Shown here one piece after another: positions 36,201 to 47,531 of a DNA stretch of 64,000 nt. The position numbers and the translations under genes were made by a program. Source of the stretch: Marsupella aquatica. Lineage: Eukaryota; Plantae; Marchantiophyta. The notes beneath the pieces are model-generated. The model saw nothing but the letters and a program-made list of their open reading frames with translations. It was not told the DNA's origin and searched no databases. The stretch covers positions 26,900,340 through 26,964,339 of the forward strand of contig OZ316894.1 of the NCBI GenBank assembly GCA_973895155.1, given 5' to 3'. Positions within the stretch are counted from its first letter, which is position 1. The number at the start of each line of letters is the position of its first letter.

Positions 36201-38720
36201 AATTTGCTTGGCTGCTGAAAGATCTTTCTGATGCAAGAGCATTTGCAGAAGTTTAACATAGGTGTACGGGTCTATAGCAATGCCTCGTTGTAGACGATCT
36301 TTCAAACCAGCAAGTGTTCCACTCGTTGTACCAGGAGCGTGCATATGCCTATTGCCGTTCCCTTCTGCAGTGACTTGAGACCAATCTCTCGTGCAATAAC
36401 TAACATGAGATTGAACTCTGCACTGCGTAATCAAATTCGCCCTTGCCTTGACCCATACTGCAGTTGACAATACATCCACCCAAAGTGCTATACTTGTCAT
36501 CTTGTGCTTAAACTCAGGTGCTCTGGGCTTCCTCTGTCAACCACACTGCCCAGGGTCAGATATGGAAAGCCTGACTATAAAAGGTTAAATTCCAGGAGAT
36601 TCCACGAGGTGCAATGAATTTGGATTTATTTCTCTAGGACTATATTCCACAATGATCTTTTTACAATGAAATGTTTAGAAAATGATGATAGACCGGTAAC
36701 TCTCTCGAGTCCTACGGCTAGCATGCATGCCTACCTCCGTCCAAAGATGTATTTTCTTGTCTCCCTGGCTTCGCTGTGATCGTTGGTACAGAAAACTCGC
36801 AAAAGTTATATTCCTCCTTTTCAATTGAGAGTAACAGCTATCTGTCAAGAATGCGATGATCTTAGAATAGAATTTTGAAATAATTGTGAAAGGCATATCC
36901 AGGTAGCTCAAGTATCAATAAGTTCCTTCATACTCCGGTATTTCACTGTAATCATAGAAAGGACAGAGTCAAGAGCCTATTGAATTGACACTAAAAAACT
37001 TCATCAAGCAGTTGCATGTTATCCGTTGGTGTGGGTATACGACAGACTCTTAGGGCACCGTGACAGGCGTTCATTGTAAGTTGCCTTGGCCTTCTATGCT
37101 ATTTACAAACCAAATCTCAGGTGTTTGACAAGAGACTACAACTCACAAATGAAGCCTAGCCAGCATTTGTAGATTGTCTCTAAGAATCCACTGTGATTAG
37201 GTACAGATGACATGAATTTGAAAGCGCCTCCCCACCCTCTCCCTGTGATTCCTTGGAGGTGAAAAAATAACCAAACTTGAAGTTCAAGTCAATCTTCATC
37301 ACATAAGCCTCATAGCAGGAAATTCATGCAACTATAAATGTCACACCGTGGAGCTGGAACAACGGCTTTTGTTTACAAGTAGGTAATCACAACGTTGAAT
37401 CGCTCTTGAGTCTCAATTACCTGAATGCCTTGTACAAGAACAATGGCTGATGCCAATACCAATCAAAGCAGACGATGAAGGATGAACCCTGCAAATCAAT
37501 CGTCTTTGTTAATAATGTCTTCAAGCTCGTTTGGTCACATCATAATCCAACAAAATGATATGCATATAAAATTAATTATACCTGGCTGTGGAGTGTTGCC
37601 TAAAGCGGTCCATATCCAAAATTTCTATCGAGTAAGCTTCGTTCCAGTTCGAGAGCTTAATAGCACAGTTGTGAGAAATATAATTTTACCTGTTTAACAA
37701 ACGTTTAAATCAGTCTTAGTAGTGCAATCCTTGGAGAGCCCTCGAATTTCAAGTCTCATCTTTCCTTCCCCTCGGACTAAGGAAAGAATATTCACTAGGT
37801 GAAGGCTTGTTGGGGAAACCTTACCCGGGCAGCGGAATCTCAGCTCAACGTAACAGTTGGAGGTACCCCTAGAAGCATACCGGTAGCAGTATCGTCTCCA
37901 GGATCACGTCCTCCGTCAATTGAGAATTAAGAATTCAAAATCGCTGTACTCTTCTAAGAAATATCCCAGCTTTGGCATCCTGAGAGGAAAAAGTGTGAGA
38001 ATCTCAAATCCCAAAGCATCTACCACCATACCTGCACATTGCCATTTGAAAAAGTATGGCGCGAGTGCTCTTGTTTATCGCCCTCCAAGAAAGAACCCTT
38101 TTCAACCGAATTGTCCTGCATGCCAAACGAGAAATCGACGACATTTCTTCAAAGAAGAACTTGTGTACAAGTGAGATGCAGACCGTGTAAATAGCAAATT
38201 GGGCAGGCTTGACAATTCACTCAGAACAACAAGTTGAAGCTGTGGGCACAAAATTGATCTAGATTGTGATGGGCAATAAAAGAAGCTCCTAAACGGAGAT
38301 ATCCTTCGAAGTTTGACATGTATGGAAAAACAAGGCAAGCGCACAATTTGCAGGCAGCAGGAGACGTCATCTAAGAATTGAGCCGGACTCGAACCAGGAT
38401 GGGGAGACGAAAAAGTATCCCTGGATGAAAAAGAGATTTTGCTCCGCTTCCTTGGGACTAAGAGTTGAGAAATATGTTGCCCAGCAATTTAGGGTTGAAA
38501 CGCAGAAGAAAGTCGTGTATAGCTAGGGCTTACTAGGAATTCTCAGCCCAAAGGACATCGCGAGAGGCCGTGTAAAAGTGGTAACGCAAACCTAACAGGG
38601 ATCACTGGATTCGTCAGCATGCAGCTCGGTACCAGGTCCCCGGAAAGCAACTAGAGCAACATTCAATAGGCTACGACGAGCAATTCTTAGCAGATTGTGA
38701 AATGCTACAAACATTGTTCG
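33206..38720. repeat. Segmental duplication copy B
   Basis: Collinear with 22293-28852. Confidence 0.85.
34239..36500 (-). CDS. PLS-class DYW PPR protein (organellar C-to-U RNA editing factor), short array, 753 aa
   Basis: ATG start, PLS triplets, PG box, HSEKLA, CSDCH and DYW end. Paralog of 23425-26592. Confidence 0.95.
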   Translation of the reverse strand: MTSIALWVDVLSTAVWVKARANLITQCRVQSHVSYCTRDWSQVTAEGNGNRHMHAPGTTSGTLAGLKDRLQRGIAIDPYTYVKLLQMLLHQKDLSAAKQIHDCIIESGSDKNSYVLITLLNVYIKCGGLSDARRVFDEIQKKSVITWTNMIAGYATSEHFESALEIFNLMRQEGVQPNEITYLSILKGCASPLALRCGKEIHEHIRQAGFESDVRVGTALVLMYAKCGCITEARKVFEKLTNRNVITWNVMIRAYAERGHGLEAYRLFLQMRREGLEPDAFTYASILNASASEGALEWVKDVHAQASKARLDSDLRVGIALVHMYAKTGSIDDARLVFNRMEKRDVVTWNVMIGGLAQHGCGHEAYRLFIQMRREGFEPDAFTYASILNASASAGALEWVKEVHGHASKAGLDSDLRVGNALVHMYAESGSIADARLVFNRMEKRDVVTWNIMIGGLAQHGYGQEALELFRQMNADHVKPTETSFTAVLSACSHGGLVDDGRRIFSAMTQDYGIERTVFHYTLMVDILGRAGHVEEAKQLISEMPIEPDDVTWTALLGACRTYGNVELGELAANELFKLEPGRASTYVLLSNIYAAAGKWEKVSSVRTMMRERGVRKEPGRSWIEVDNKIHEFVVGDTSHPEAKVIYTELNKLSEKLKAGGYIPDTRLVLHDINEEDKQLALCSHSEKLAIVYGLMHLPWGEPIRVSKNLRVCSDCHSATKYISKVTGRQIIARDANRFHHFKDGMCSCGDYW

Positions 38721-39243
38721 GTTGCGACAGCCCGGGATTCGGGGTAGCCACCGCATATCTCCTTGGATCCATGTCTCACCTTGGTGGCGAGGAGGAGGAA
38801 CCGTGAGAAGGCGGCCCTGTTAAACCCTGTTCCCTAAACATCTGCAAGCGGCTTCTGGGTTTGTCACCGTCCATAACCAAGATTCTACCCCGTAACCCGT
38901 TTTTGCGGGAAGTGTCAAATATCTGTTCCCTGCCTGTAAAAGTTCCCGTTACTTGCTTTACGGGCTAATTTAATGACGGACACAAGACAGGGCTTACGGC
39001 CGTGTTTTGATAAGCCCTACTGCCTGAGCCCACCGATGGCAACTTTTGCAGCGAGAGCGGAAGGAATGATAGATGCCCTAGTGATGGCAACTTTGGCAGC
39101 AAGACATGCGGGAGAGGAGGTGCTGAGAAACACACTTCAAACTCAAATCCACTGCCAGAAGAGAGCGAGTCCTGGGCGAGAATGCAGACAACTAACGCCA
39201 GTGCACTCATCAACGACCACCGCTTTCTCACAATCGCCGCCAT
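37300..39243 (-). other. Possible multi-exon gene or pseudogene of unknown product upstream of PPR copy B
   Basis: ATG at 39243 starts a signal-peptide-like MAAIVRKRWSLMSALALVVCILAQ. Several AG/GT-bounded blocks are conserved in both duplicate copies. Confidence 0.35.
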
Positions 39244-40431
39244 GGTAAGAGATCAGCCGATTCACGTCGCGGGATCCCCCCAGACAAAGCTGCCGAAGTC
39301 ACGACGTCGCGATGCCAGTGGCCCGAATCTCTGCTGTAATCAACGTCTTCAGCAGCCAGATTACAAATCTGAAATTTGCAGAAGACAGAGGCTCTTTCTC
39401 TATCTCCGGGCAGTCGGACACGGGGACGGACACTGAGCGGCGCTACTGGAGGTGAGCTAGACCGAGAGAAGGAAAAAATGGCGAGAGCAGGTCCATTGAC
39501 GGGAATGTGGAGGCGAGGGGTTGCTATGATGGAAGCGATGACAGGAAGCAGCCTAATCCTGCCGGGGTTGGGGCCGCCGGTGCAGATTCTGCCACAGCAG
39601 CAGGCCCCGCACCTTTCCTGCTCCAACTCTTGCTCCCACTTCCAGTTTTGTAGACGGTTTCGCCAGCATTGCTCGCATACAATCAGGTCTAGCCCAAGGG
39701 TTTTACCTACATTTCAGTTTGGTCCGTTGTTAATTTTAGTTTCTGTCCTTCTTGGCATAAATACACATTTCTTTCTGCTTGTCGTGACCTTTGTTTAGGT
39801 TTCATTTCTCATTCTTCTGTTGCTCTAGCTTGTTTAAAAATTTCCGCACATGTTAGATGAACCTCTATTTTAATCAAACACTCGTGGTTATTCACTGTGA
39901 GGTACTATAAATCGGTTCGTCAGAGGCTACTACGAGTACTTCGCTTGAGTTGGGTCCTTTGTGTTCAATGGAGGAGTGCTTGCCTTGTCTTTCTTTCGTT
40001 TCCCTTTTCTTTCCCTTGCCATCTCTTCTCCCCGCACGCTTCTCAAGGAAGTGTCTCCATTTAGGGCGTCTCAAAGCTGGCCCGTAACCAAAAGTTACGG
40101 GCCAGCCAAGCAGCCCATAATGACACTTGCGGGCATCACTTATGGACCGGATAATTAGCCGGTCCCATGGTTTGACCCGCCCCTTAAGGAGCTACTTACG
40201 ATGCCTTACCCGCTCAAAGTAGGAGTTAAGTATCCCTTCCCTCTCGGGCAGTACTTGGCCGTAAGGCGCTGAAATGTGCCACGACAGTCCTGAACCCAGG
40301 TGCTCCTCATAAGTGTCCCGTCGTTTCCCAGCGAAGCTATCGCCATAGTTTCTGTTGTTCAAATTTCAAATGCACTTCTTCCCCACCAAAGCGATTATCC
40401 GGAGCTTCATTTAGCTTCAACGTCGGGCTCC

Positions 40432-41992
40432 ATGGCGATGGTCAATGTAGCTCTGTCTCCAGAACATATAGGTGAGACTCATCCAGATATCAGAGAAATT
40501 GCTATTCGATTGTACATGCAGACCGCTAGAGAAGGTGTAGAGAAATCAACAGAAGCTGCTCCTCCCAATTCGTGTACAACCATGGCACAATCAGGCAGCC
40601 AAGGTCATGTGAGAGCAAGGAGTTCCTTCCAACCTCCACGGGCTAACTCAAGCAATGCCCCCTGTACAGGTGATAAATTCAGGCTGAAGGATCATGACTA
40701 CGAATGCATCGTTTCATACAATTGCTTGGAAATCCAAGCAATTACAGGTGGAGGAAGGAAGACTCGAGTGGGTGGAAAGTATCAAAGCAAGACAACACTC
40801 TTCAAATCCATGCTTGCTGCAATGCAACATCATGGCTTTCCTAAGGAGATCACTGCACCGAATTTGACAAAGAGATTCCAGAGGTATGTGAAGCGGTACA
40901 AAGAGGCAAGAGAGGTGAAAATGCAATCAGGTGGAGGGCTGAATGAAGACGAGTTGGGAGCAGGGATTACATTGGAGAGCAAACTAAACCGATTGTGTCC
41001 ACACTTTGAAAGAATGCATGTAATCTTTGGGGAGCAACCGAATGTGGCACCACCAGTGGAAGGGGACTGTGGAGTTGAGGATTCCGACCTTGTCTTTCTT
41101 GACACCAATGCTGAATCAGATTCTGAGTCAGCATTTGGTAATGAGAATGATAATCCCAATGTTTACCATGTCCCTTCCAACACTATCATCGTTCTTGAAG
41201 GTACTGATCATTTACCTTATTGATTGTTGTACTTCAATTTCTTCAATTACAGAACGACAGAATGTTCATTTGCTCACATTTGTCATTCTCTCTGTTGTAG
41301 ACACACCAGTGCCAACACCTGGGCAATCAATCCATAATGCTCCTCAAGTGAGGCCAACACCATAGACTCTTGCAAATGTAAACTATGGCAATTCTTTCTG
41401 GATCGAATTAGAGCAGATGGCAGAAATTGGTAAGCATGTACATAACTGCACATGTGCAGCATGTACAAAGTCTTGCCCAGTTCAAGTTGGTGCAAATCGA
41501 CCACTGCAGGGTCCACCATATACTCCAACTGAGTTCAACACCCCAGCCAAGTCTGTTTCAGAGGCCATGCCTCCTCCAACATGGAAGAAGCCTGCAAAAA
41601 CACCACCGGCTGGACAGAAGGATTTGCACAACACTTCCAAGACAAATTTTGCTGCCATATATGCAGACAGGAACAACATGAAGGCAGACTACCAAAAGGA
41701 ATTAATTCAAAGTCGAGATCGATGGAAGACCCAAGAGCTAGCAGATCGGAGGGAGGCCAAGGTGGACACTGCATTGCATTCTGCAGCACAGAAGAAACTT
41801 GATCGTAAGCACCAGTTTGCTATTGAAGCAAAAGCTGCCAAAAATGCACGAAAGAGACTTCGATCAAACCAAGAGCATGCACAGGAAATGGCATGGCAAG
41901 CACAAAGAGCTGCTCTTTTGACTACTCTACTCGGTAGTAACAAGACTCCTGCCGAAATAAAGGAGTTACTGCCCCTGGTGAAAGAGGGCTAG
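40432..41992 (+). pseudogene. PIF/Harbinger-type Myb/SANT-like accessory protein gene with one premature stop
   Basis: KRFQRYVKRYKEA...SGGGL...LESKLNRLCPHFERMHVIFGEQPNVAP. Intron ~41201-41300, in-frame TAG at 41363, and C-terminal coiled coil. Confidence 0.6.
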
Positions 41993-42318
41993 TTTTGGTT
42001 CCAAGCAATTTAGACTTCCATTCATGTTGCATGTGTAGTAGGTGCCAAACTGTACAAGTATGAGTGTAAAAGACTGAAATCCATATTATTAATAAAGGTG
42101 GTACATGTTGTTATACATTCCTGGTCAAATGTCGCCCTTAGTTTTCACTGTCAAATGCCTTGTAAACTATGGAATCTCAGAATCTCGACATTGCGACATC
42201 ACAGATACTTGAAATCTTGGAATGATGATATCATGACATCGCGACATGATTCATCTGCAACATTTGTACTAACAAAAAGTGAATTGAGAAACCTCTCCTC
42301 ATATGGCAACTATGCGGA

Positions 42319-43714
42319 TCACTTATTCTTTTGCACTATGGGATTAGGCTGAGGTGGTGGTTCTCTCGTAATGGAATTACGAGACACAGCTTCCAAAATT
42401 GCTTCCCTCACATCAGTATGATGTGTTGAAAAAGGGAGAGACTTCAACTGAACTCCATAACTAATCAGCGGCAAATGTCGACGTACGAACATGTACTGAA
42501 CCCGAGTGGCCTCCATAGCAGCTCCTATGACATCCCAGTTTGTGAACTTAGTATAGTAAACGTTCGGAAATCTCTTCAAGTATGCATCTGTATCAACCAA
42601 GTCCAGCTCCATGCCATGAAACATTGCCATAGTTCTAGTGAAAAAATCAATGTAACTTCTTATCTATGTCGTGGAGATGTCATCCCACATCTGCTGACAC
42701 ACATGCCAAGGTGTGAAGGGCACAATGGTGTTCACAGGATCCCTTGGGAGATGCCCAACCGGATTTGTCCTATTCGTTTGATTCAAGAAGTTCATCATGA
42801 ACCTCAAAGAATATACAGGCAAGTCCCAAAGAAAGAGCAATGGAGCTCATTGTCCTCCACTTGTAGGTCCCCGTACAAGACCATCATTGCTAGTGTGGGT
42901 CCGAAATGTTCACCTTCTTGCCAGAACTCATCACATTGAGCTAACTCAATCTGAAAAGGTGCCAGTACTGGGAGGTTGAATATGAATTGACATTCACCTT
43001 TCTTCAACTTGTAAAACCTCTAGAACTCATTGATTGGGCCATTCATAGTCGACACCAGCGCACATAAATTTGCAAATCTCTTCAGTTTTTATACTGGAGT
43101 CACCGATTCCACTCGAATGGTTGGTGTGAAGGTTGTTTGTGTAGCTTCATCCACCATTTCCCTAAACTGCTTCCTCTGCATTGGGGGCTTAGCTGGAATT
43201 GAACTGAAATCAAATTTTAACAGAGCCACAGTATTGGGTTCTTGCCCAATGGGGACCTGTGTAACACAGGCTCCAACACATCCGTGTCAGTTGCAACAAG
43301 CAATGTGGGAGGACTATTTCCAACAGGTGAATAGTCAGACATAGGACTGAATCCCTCACTCAAATCCTTAGCTCCTTCCCTATGAGCATCGCATAATGAT
43401 GGTCCTGGACTGTGCAATGGAGTTTGAGCTTTTGAAGGAGGAAGTAAATCAAATAGCATATCCAAAATTTTCTCCCGTGGACAACTAAGAATGTACATGG
43501 CCTGCTGCACAATGTCGCTATTAATCCTAGCCTCATGTGCCTCATTGGCACTCATTGGAGTCCCTCCCGGGCCACGTGAAGAGGCCTCTAGTATGTGCAA
43601 ATCTCGGCCTTTGAAGTCATCAGTGTCTGCCTCTGCATCGCAGTGGCCTCCAATGCTCATATTGTCATTGTCCACGTTCGGTTCAACGTCCATTGGTTGC
43701 AGACCATCGTCAGC
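42319..43714 (-). pseudogene. Long degenerate ORF of unknown family, convergent with the Myb-like gene and interrupted at 43715
   Basis: Successive minus-strand ORF fragments broken by stops and frameshifts. No DDE motif recognised. Confidence 0.35.
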
Positions 43715-45079
43715 TGTGATGCCTAGCCAGGAATCACTAGGCCAGTTAAGTGGGGAAAATGGAGGTGTACCCTAGAAACACATTAGTATAGTAACAAAAA
43801 CAAGGAAAATATAAACAATTAAGGGTGACTATGGAACCCAGGCCGAGGCCGGAAGTAAGGACGTCGGGGGAGAGAACACAATTAGGGTTAGGGCGCGCTA
43901 AGCATCGGCGGCTAGGGGTAACCAACGGGAGGAAAGACCAGAGGAAGAGGGGTAAGGACCGCTCGCAAGGAATGGTGGCTCATTTGCAAGCACGAACTGG
44001 GCAGACAACTACGGGAGGCCAACTGCTGTCAGTTGCTTAGGCGAGCACTCTAGGCGGGAGCATGTACCAATGATCAACTCAAGGAGGGTATGAACAACGT
44101 CAATCAAGCGGCACATTTTTGGGGATGCCTGTTCGAACGGCAACTGAGTACATTGGGACTTACGAGGACAAAGAATCGGAGAGAGCAGCTTGAGAACGGC
44201 AGGAGCTCGCTCGACTGTGGGAGCTGCAAAAATCTGCCTTCTTAGGAGGAGAACTCATCAAGGCCGAGTTCTTGTGGACTCCTATTGCCAATCAGCTCAA
44301 CAATCTTCTGTTTTGCGAAGACAGAATCGTCGGCATTCGGAAGCCATCAACCACTGCAACAATGTGCACTGGGAGTTGAAGGGTAGCACAGAGGGGTGGA
44401 CAAAGGCAATGCTGCTAGGAGAAACATCCACGGCAGTTGAGATGAAGAGGAAAGAAAACAACAACGAAGAGGCCACCCCGGCCAAAAAAACGAGGTCGGC
44501 GACACCAAGAAGGCCAGTAGAGCAGCAAAACAGGAGGCAGGAAGAAGCCAAAGAGGAGGAGGTCGATCCCATCAATGCCATTCCAACAAAGGATGACACC
44601 TGGAAAGGATGGGCGGCAACCCTACCAGAGGAAGTGCAATTACACTTTGCACGAGAGGAGGATGCGTGCTTTACAGCCATGCAGACCAAGAAGTACCAAG
44701 GCTTCATGGCCGGATCCAGCTTGGAAGCCTTCATAAAATTACCATGGCTGAAGCCGGAGGTGCCGGACTTAGACTTATTAGAATTTGTGGGATCATGGGA
44801 ACCCGAGACCAATTCCACGAGGGTGTATGGGAAGGATTTCTATCTCACTCCCCGGGTGATTGCCGAAGTGTTTGGCTTGTCGATGGGCAATAAGACCAAA
44901 GTTGATACCAGGAAGACCTTGCCTGACAAGGAGTTCCGGTCGTTCCCAGGACCATCAACAAAGAATGGCTTCTTCCGGAACACCTGCACCAACCCACGCA
45001 TCGGAGAGATGATCGATTTCTTGCGGATGACCATGCATTGTAACTTGCCGAGGGCAGAGATCGGCAAGGCTCAGGTCTA
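43715..45079 (+). mobile_element. 3'-truncated, decayed copy of the 51576-56235 element
   Basis: Starts TGTGATGCCTAG and is collinear with 51576-~52943. Carries frameshifts and a CGA>TGA stop. Confidence 0.88.
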
Positions 45080-45804
45080 CCTATATATATTATCGGCGCA
45101 TTACAGCAGTAGTGCAGCGGCTGTGTGGCTGTTTTGGAGGCCTGTAACAAGTGTAGTGGCGGTCGTGAAGGAGAGGGTGTGGTCGTGTTTATACAAGCAT
45201 CTGGCCCGTTCATTTAAAATCCACGGCCAACATTCATTGTTGACTTTCCATGCTAACATTTATTGTTTACTTTCCATGGCTGATATTTATTGTTGACTTG
45301 TCGTGTCGAGGAGGTACTTTCCACGGCTAACATTTATTTTTGACTTTTCACGGTTGATATTTATTGTTGGATTGTCCTATCGAGGAGAAACTTGTGGCGG
45401 AAAAGCAAGTTGATATTTATTGTTGACTTGTCTTGTCGAGGAGATACTTGTGGAATGATGATTTGTATACATAATTATGTTAACCGTATATTGTAAGAAC
45501 TGGGATTTTCCATTGAAGATTGGATTGAATTGAAGTCCTTGCGCATGATCTTGCCCATCTATCTCTTCTTATTGACAGTCCAGATTTTCTCTGAATTTCC
45601 CCTCTTTCTAGACTAAGTGTTGGCTTTTCTTTATCATCTTCCTTGTCCATCTTTTACAACTAACTGCACAATGTGTCAGTCTGCCCTTGTTGTGGCTGTC
45701 TATACTCAGGGATCAAAGGTTCAAAGGTTTAGTGTTGATTTTCCCTTTTGTGTTGGATTTTCTTTATCATCTTTCTTGTCCATCTTTTACAACATGGTTG
45801 TCTC

Positions 45805-46585
45805 TATCCCAACAAACAACTTCCCTGCCAACTCCCAACCCACAACTCCCCCAACCCTAAACAAGACACAACTCCCCAAATGAATCCCTCAACCCCAACA
45901 CCCAACTCTACAACAAATTAAATCCCTAACTCCAGACTTTCTCAACCCCCAACACATCTCCCCCAACCCATGCCACAACCCACAACCAAACTCCCCAACT
46001 CACTCAACTCCCAAGTTGAACACACAACTCTCAACCTACCCAACCCAAGACACAACTTCCCCTTGAACCCACAACCCCTCAATCCCCAACACACAACTCC
46101 CAACCCCCTCAGCCCCCAACACTACACCAAATTTTGTAACTCCAAACTTTCTCAACTCCCAACATAAATCTCTCAACCTACCCAACCCAAGACACAACTC
46201 CCCAATTGAATGAATCCCTCAACCCCCAACACCCAACTCTACAACAAATCAACTCCCTAACTCCAAACTTTCTCAACCCCCAACACATCTCCCCCAACCC
46301 ATGCCACAACCCAAATTTCCTAACCCAATCTGCAACCAAGCTCCCCAACATACAACTCTCAACCTACCCAACCCAAGACACAACTTCCCCTTGAACCCAC
46401 AACCCCTCAATCCCCAACACACAACTCCCAACCCCCTCAGCCCCAACACCACACCAAATTTTGTAACTCCAGTCTTTCTCAACTCCCAACATAAGACCCT
46501 AAACCCATGCCACAACCCACATTTCCTAACCCAATCTACAACCAAACTCCCCAACTCACTCAACCCCCAACACACAACTTCTAAA
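45805..46585. repeat. C/A-rich strand-asymmetric tandem repeat (~328-bp higher-order unit)
   Basis: CCCCAAC/CTCAAC subunits. Blocks at ~45879/46208 and ~46025/46353 are repeated. Very few G on the + strand. Confidence 0.8.
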
Positions 46586-47531
46586 CTAAGAGTCAAAATA
46601 AAGTAAAATCTTTACTAGGGTACTCTACTATGTATAATATCTATGCTAGCAAAGTTTCAGATTTTTCTAAAACCTCTAAGTATCTCAAATAAATTGGTAA
46701 ATTGTCAGTGTTATAAAAAATGAAAGAAAAAAATTCAGTTTTTTCTAAGTGTCAGGAATTTGGCGGATGTTTTTCAAAGTGTTGCCTGAAATTTGATCTT
46801 TAAGCAACATCGGTTTTTGGGCCTTCAGGTGGGATGCCTCACGAAGCATTGGATCTTTGATGGTTAGGTAGTGGACGCTTTACATAGCGTCAATACTTGG
46901 CAGATGCTTTAAAAGAGTTGCAATTTTCTTTTGTCTTCTACGGATGGATGCTTCAAAAGCGTCTAATGAACTTAAAGGGCATCGGGGGCTTGAATGACTG
47001 GATGACGGATGCTTCAGTACTTGGTGTCATGTTAGAAAGCGTTCTCTCTCTGGCTTCTCATGTGGACGCCTCACGAAAGCGTCTAGTGCTTGCCAATGTA
47101 TGGTGAGGGACACTTCATAAAGTGTCCAGGCGTTGAGATTTGATAGTGGGCATCAATACTGATAGACGCTTCAGAAACTGAAGCGTCAACTCTTCACTTT
47201 GGATTGGGGACACTTCATAAGCACTTGATTGTGGTGGACGCTTTAGAAAGCAGCAGCTCCTATTATCATCACACACAGACGCTTTATAAAGTGTCGAGCC
47301 TATTTTCACTTCAAAACCCTAAATCTATATTGTGATGGACGCTTCCGAAAGTTGCATCTTCACTTGGAATTACTTGAAATAGAGTAACTAGAGGCAGATG
47401 CCTCATAAAGCATTAGAATAGAGTGGACGCTCTATAAAGCATTGGCTTTTGCTCCAAAAAAGTTAGGAAAATTCCAAAAACACTCTTATTGAATAAGAAA
47501 GTTGATCTTTACTGATTTGGAGTTGTCAAGA

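Noticed and set aside
45970-46606. Pro/Asn/Gln-rich ORFs
   Set aside because: They are translations of low-complexity C/A repeat.
45076-46620. Possible Helitron (TC...CTAG)
   Set aside because: No A/T insertion site or 3' hairpin could be verified.
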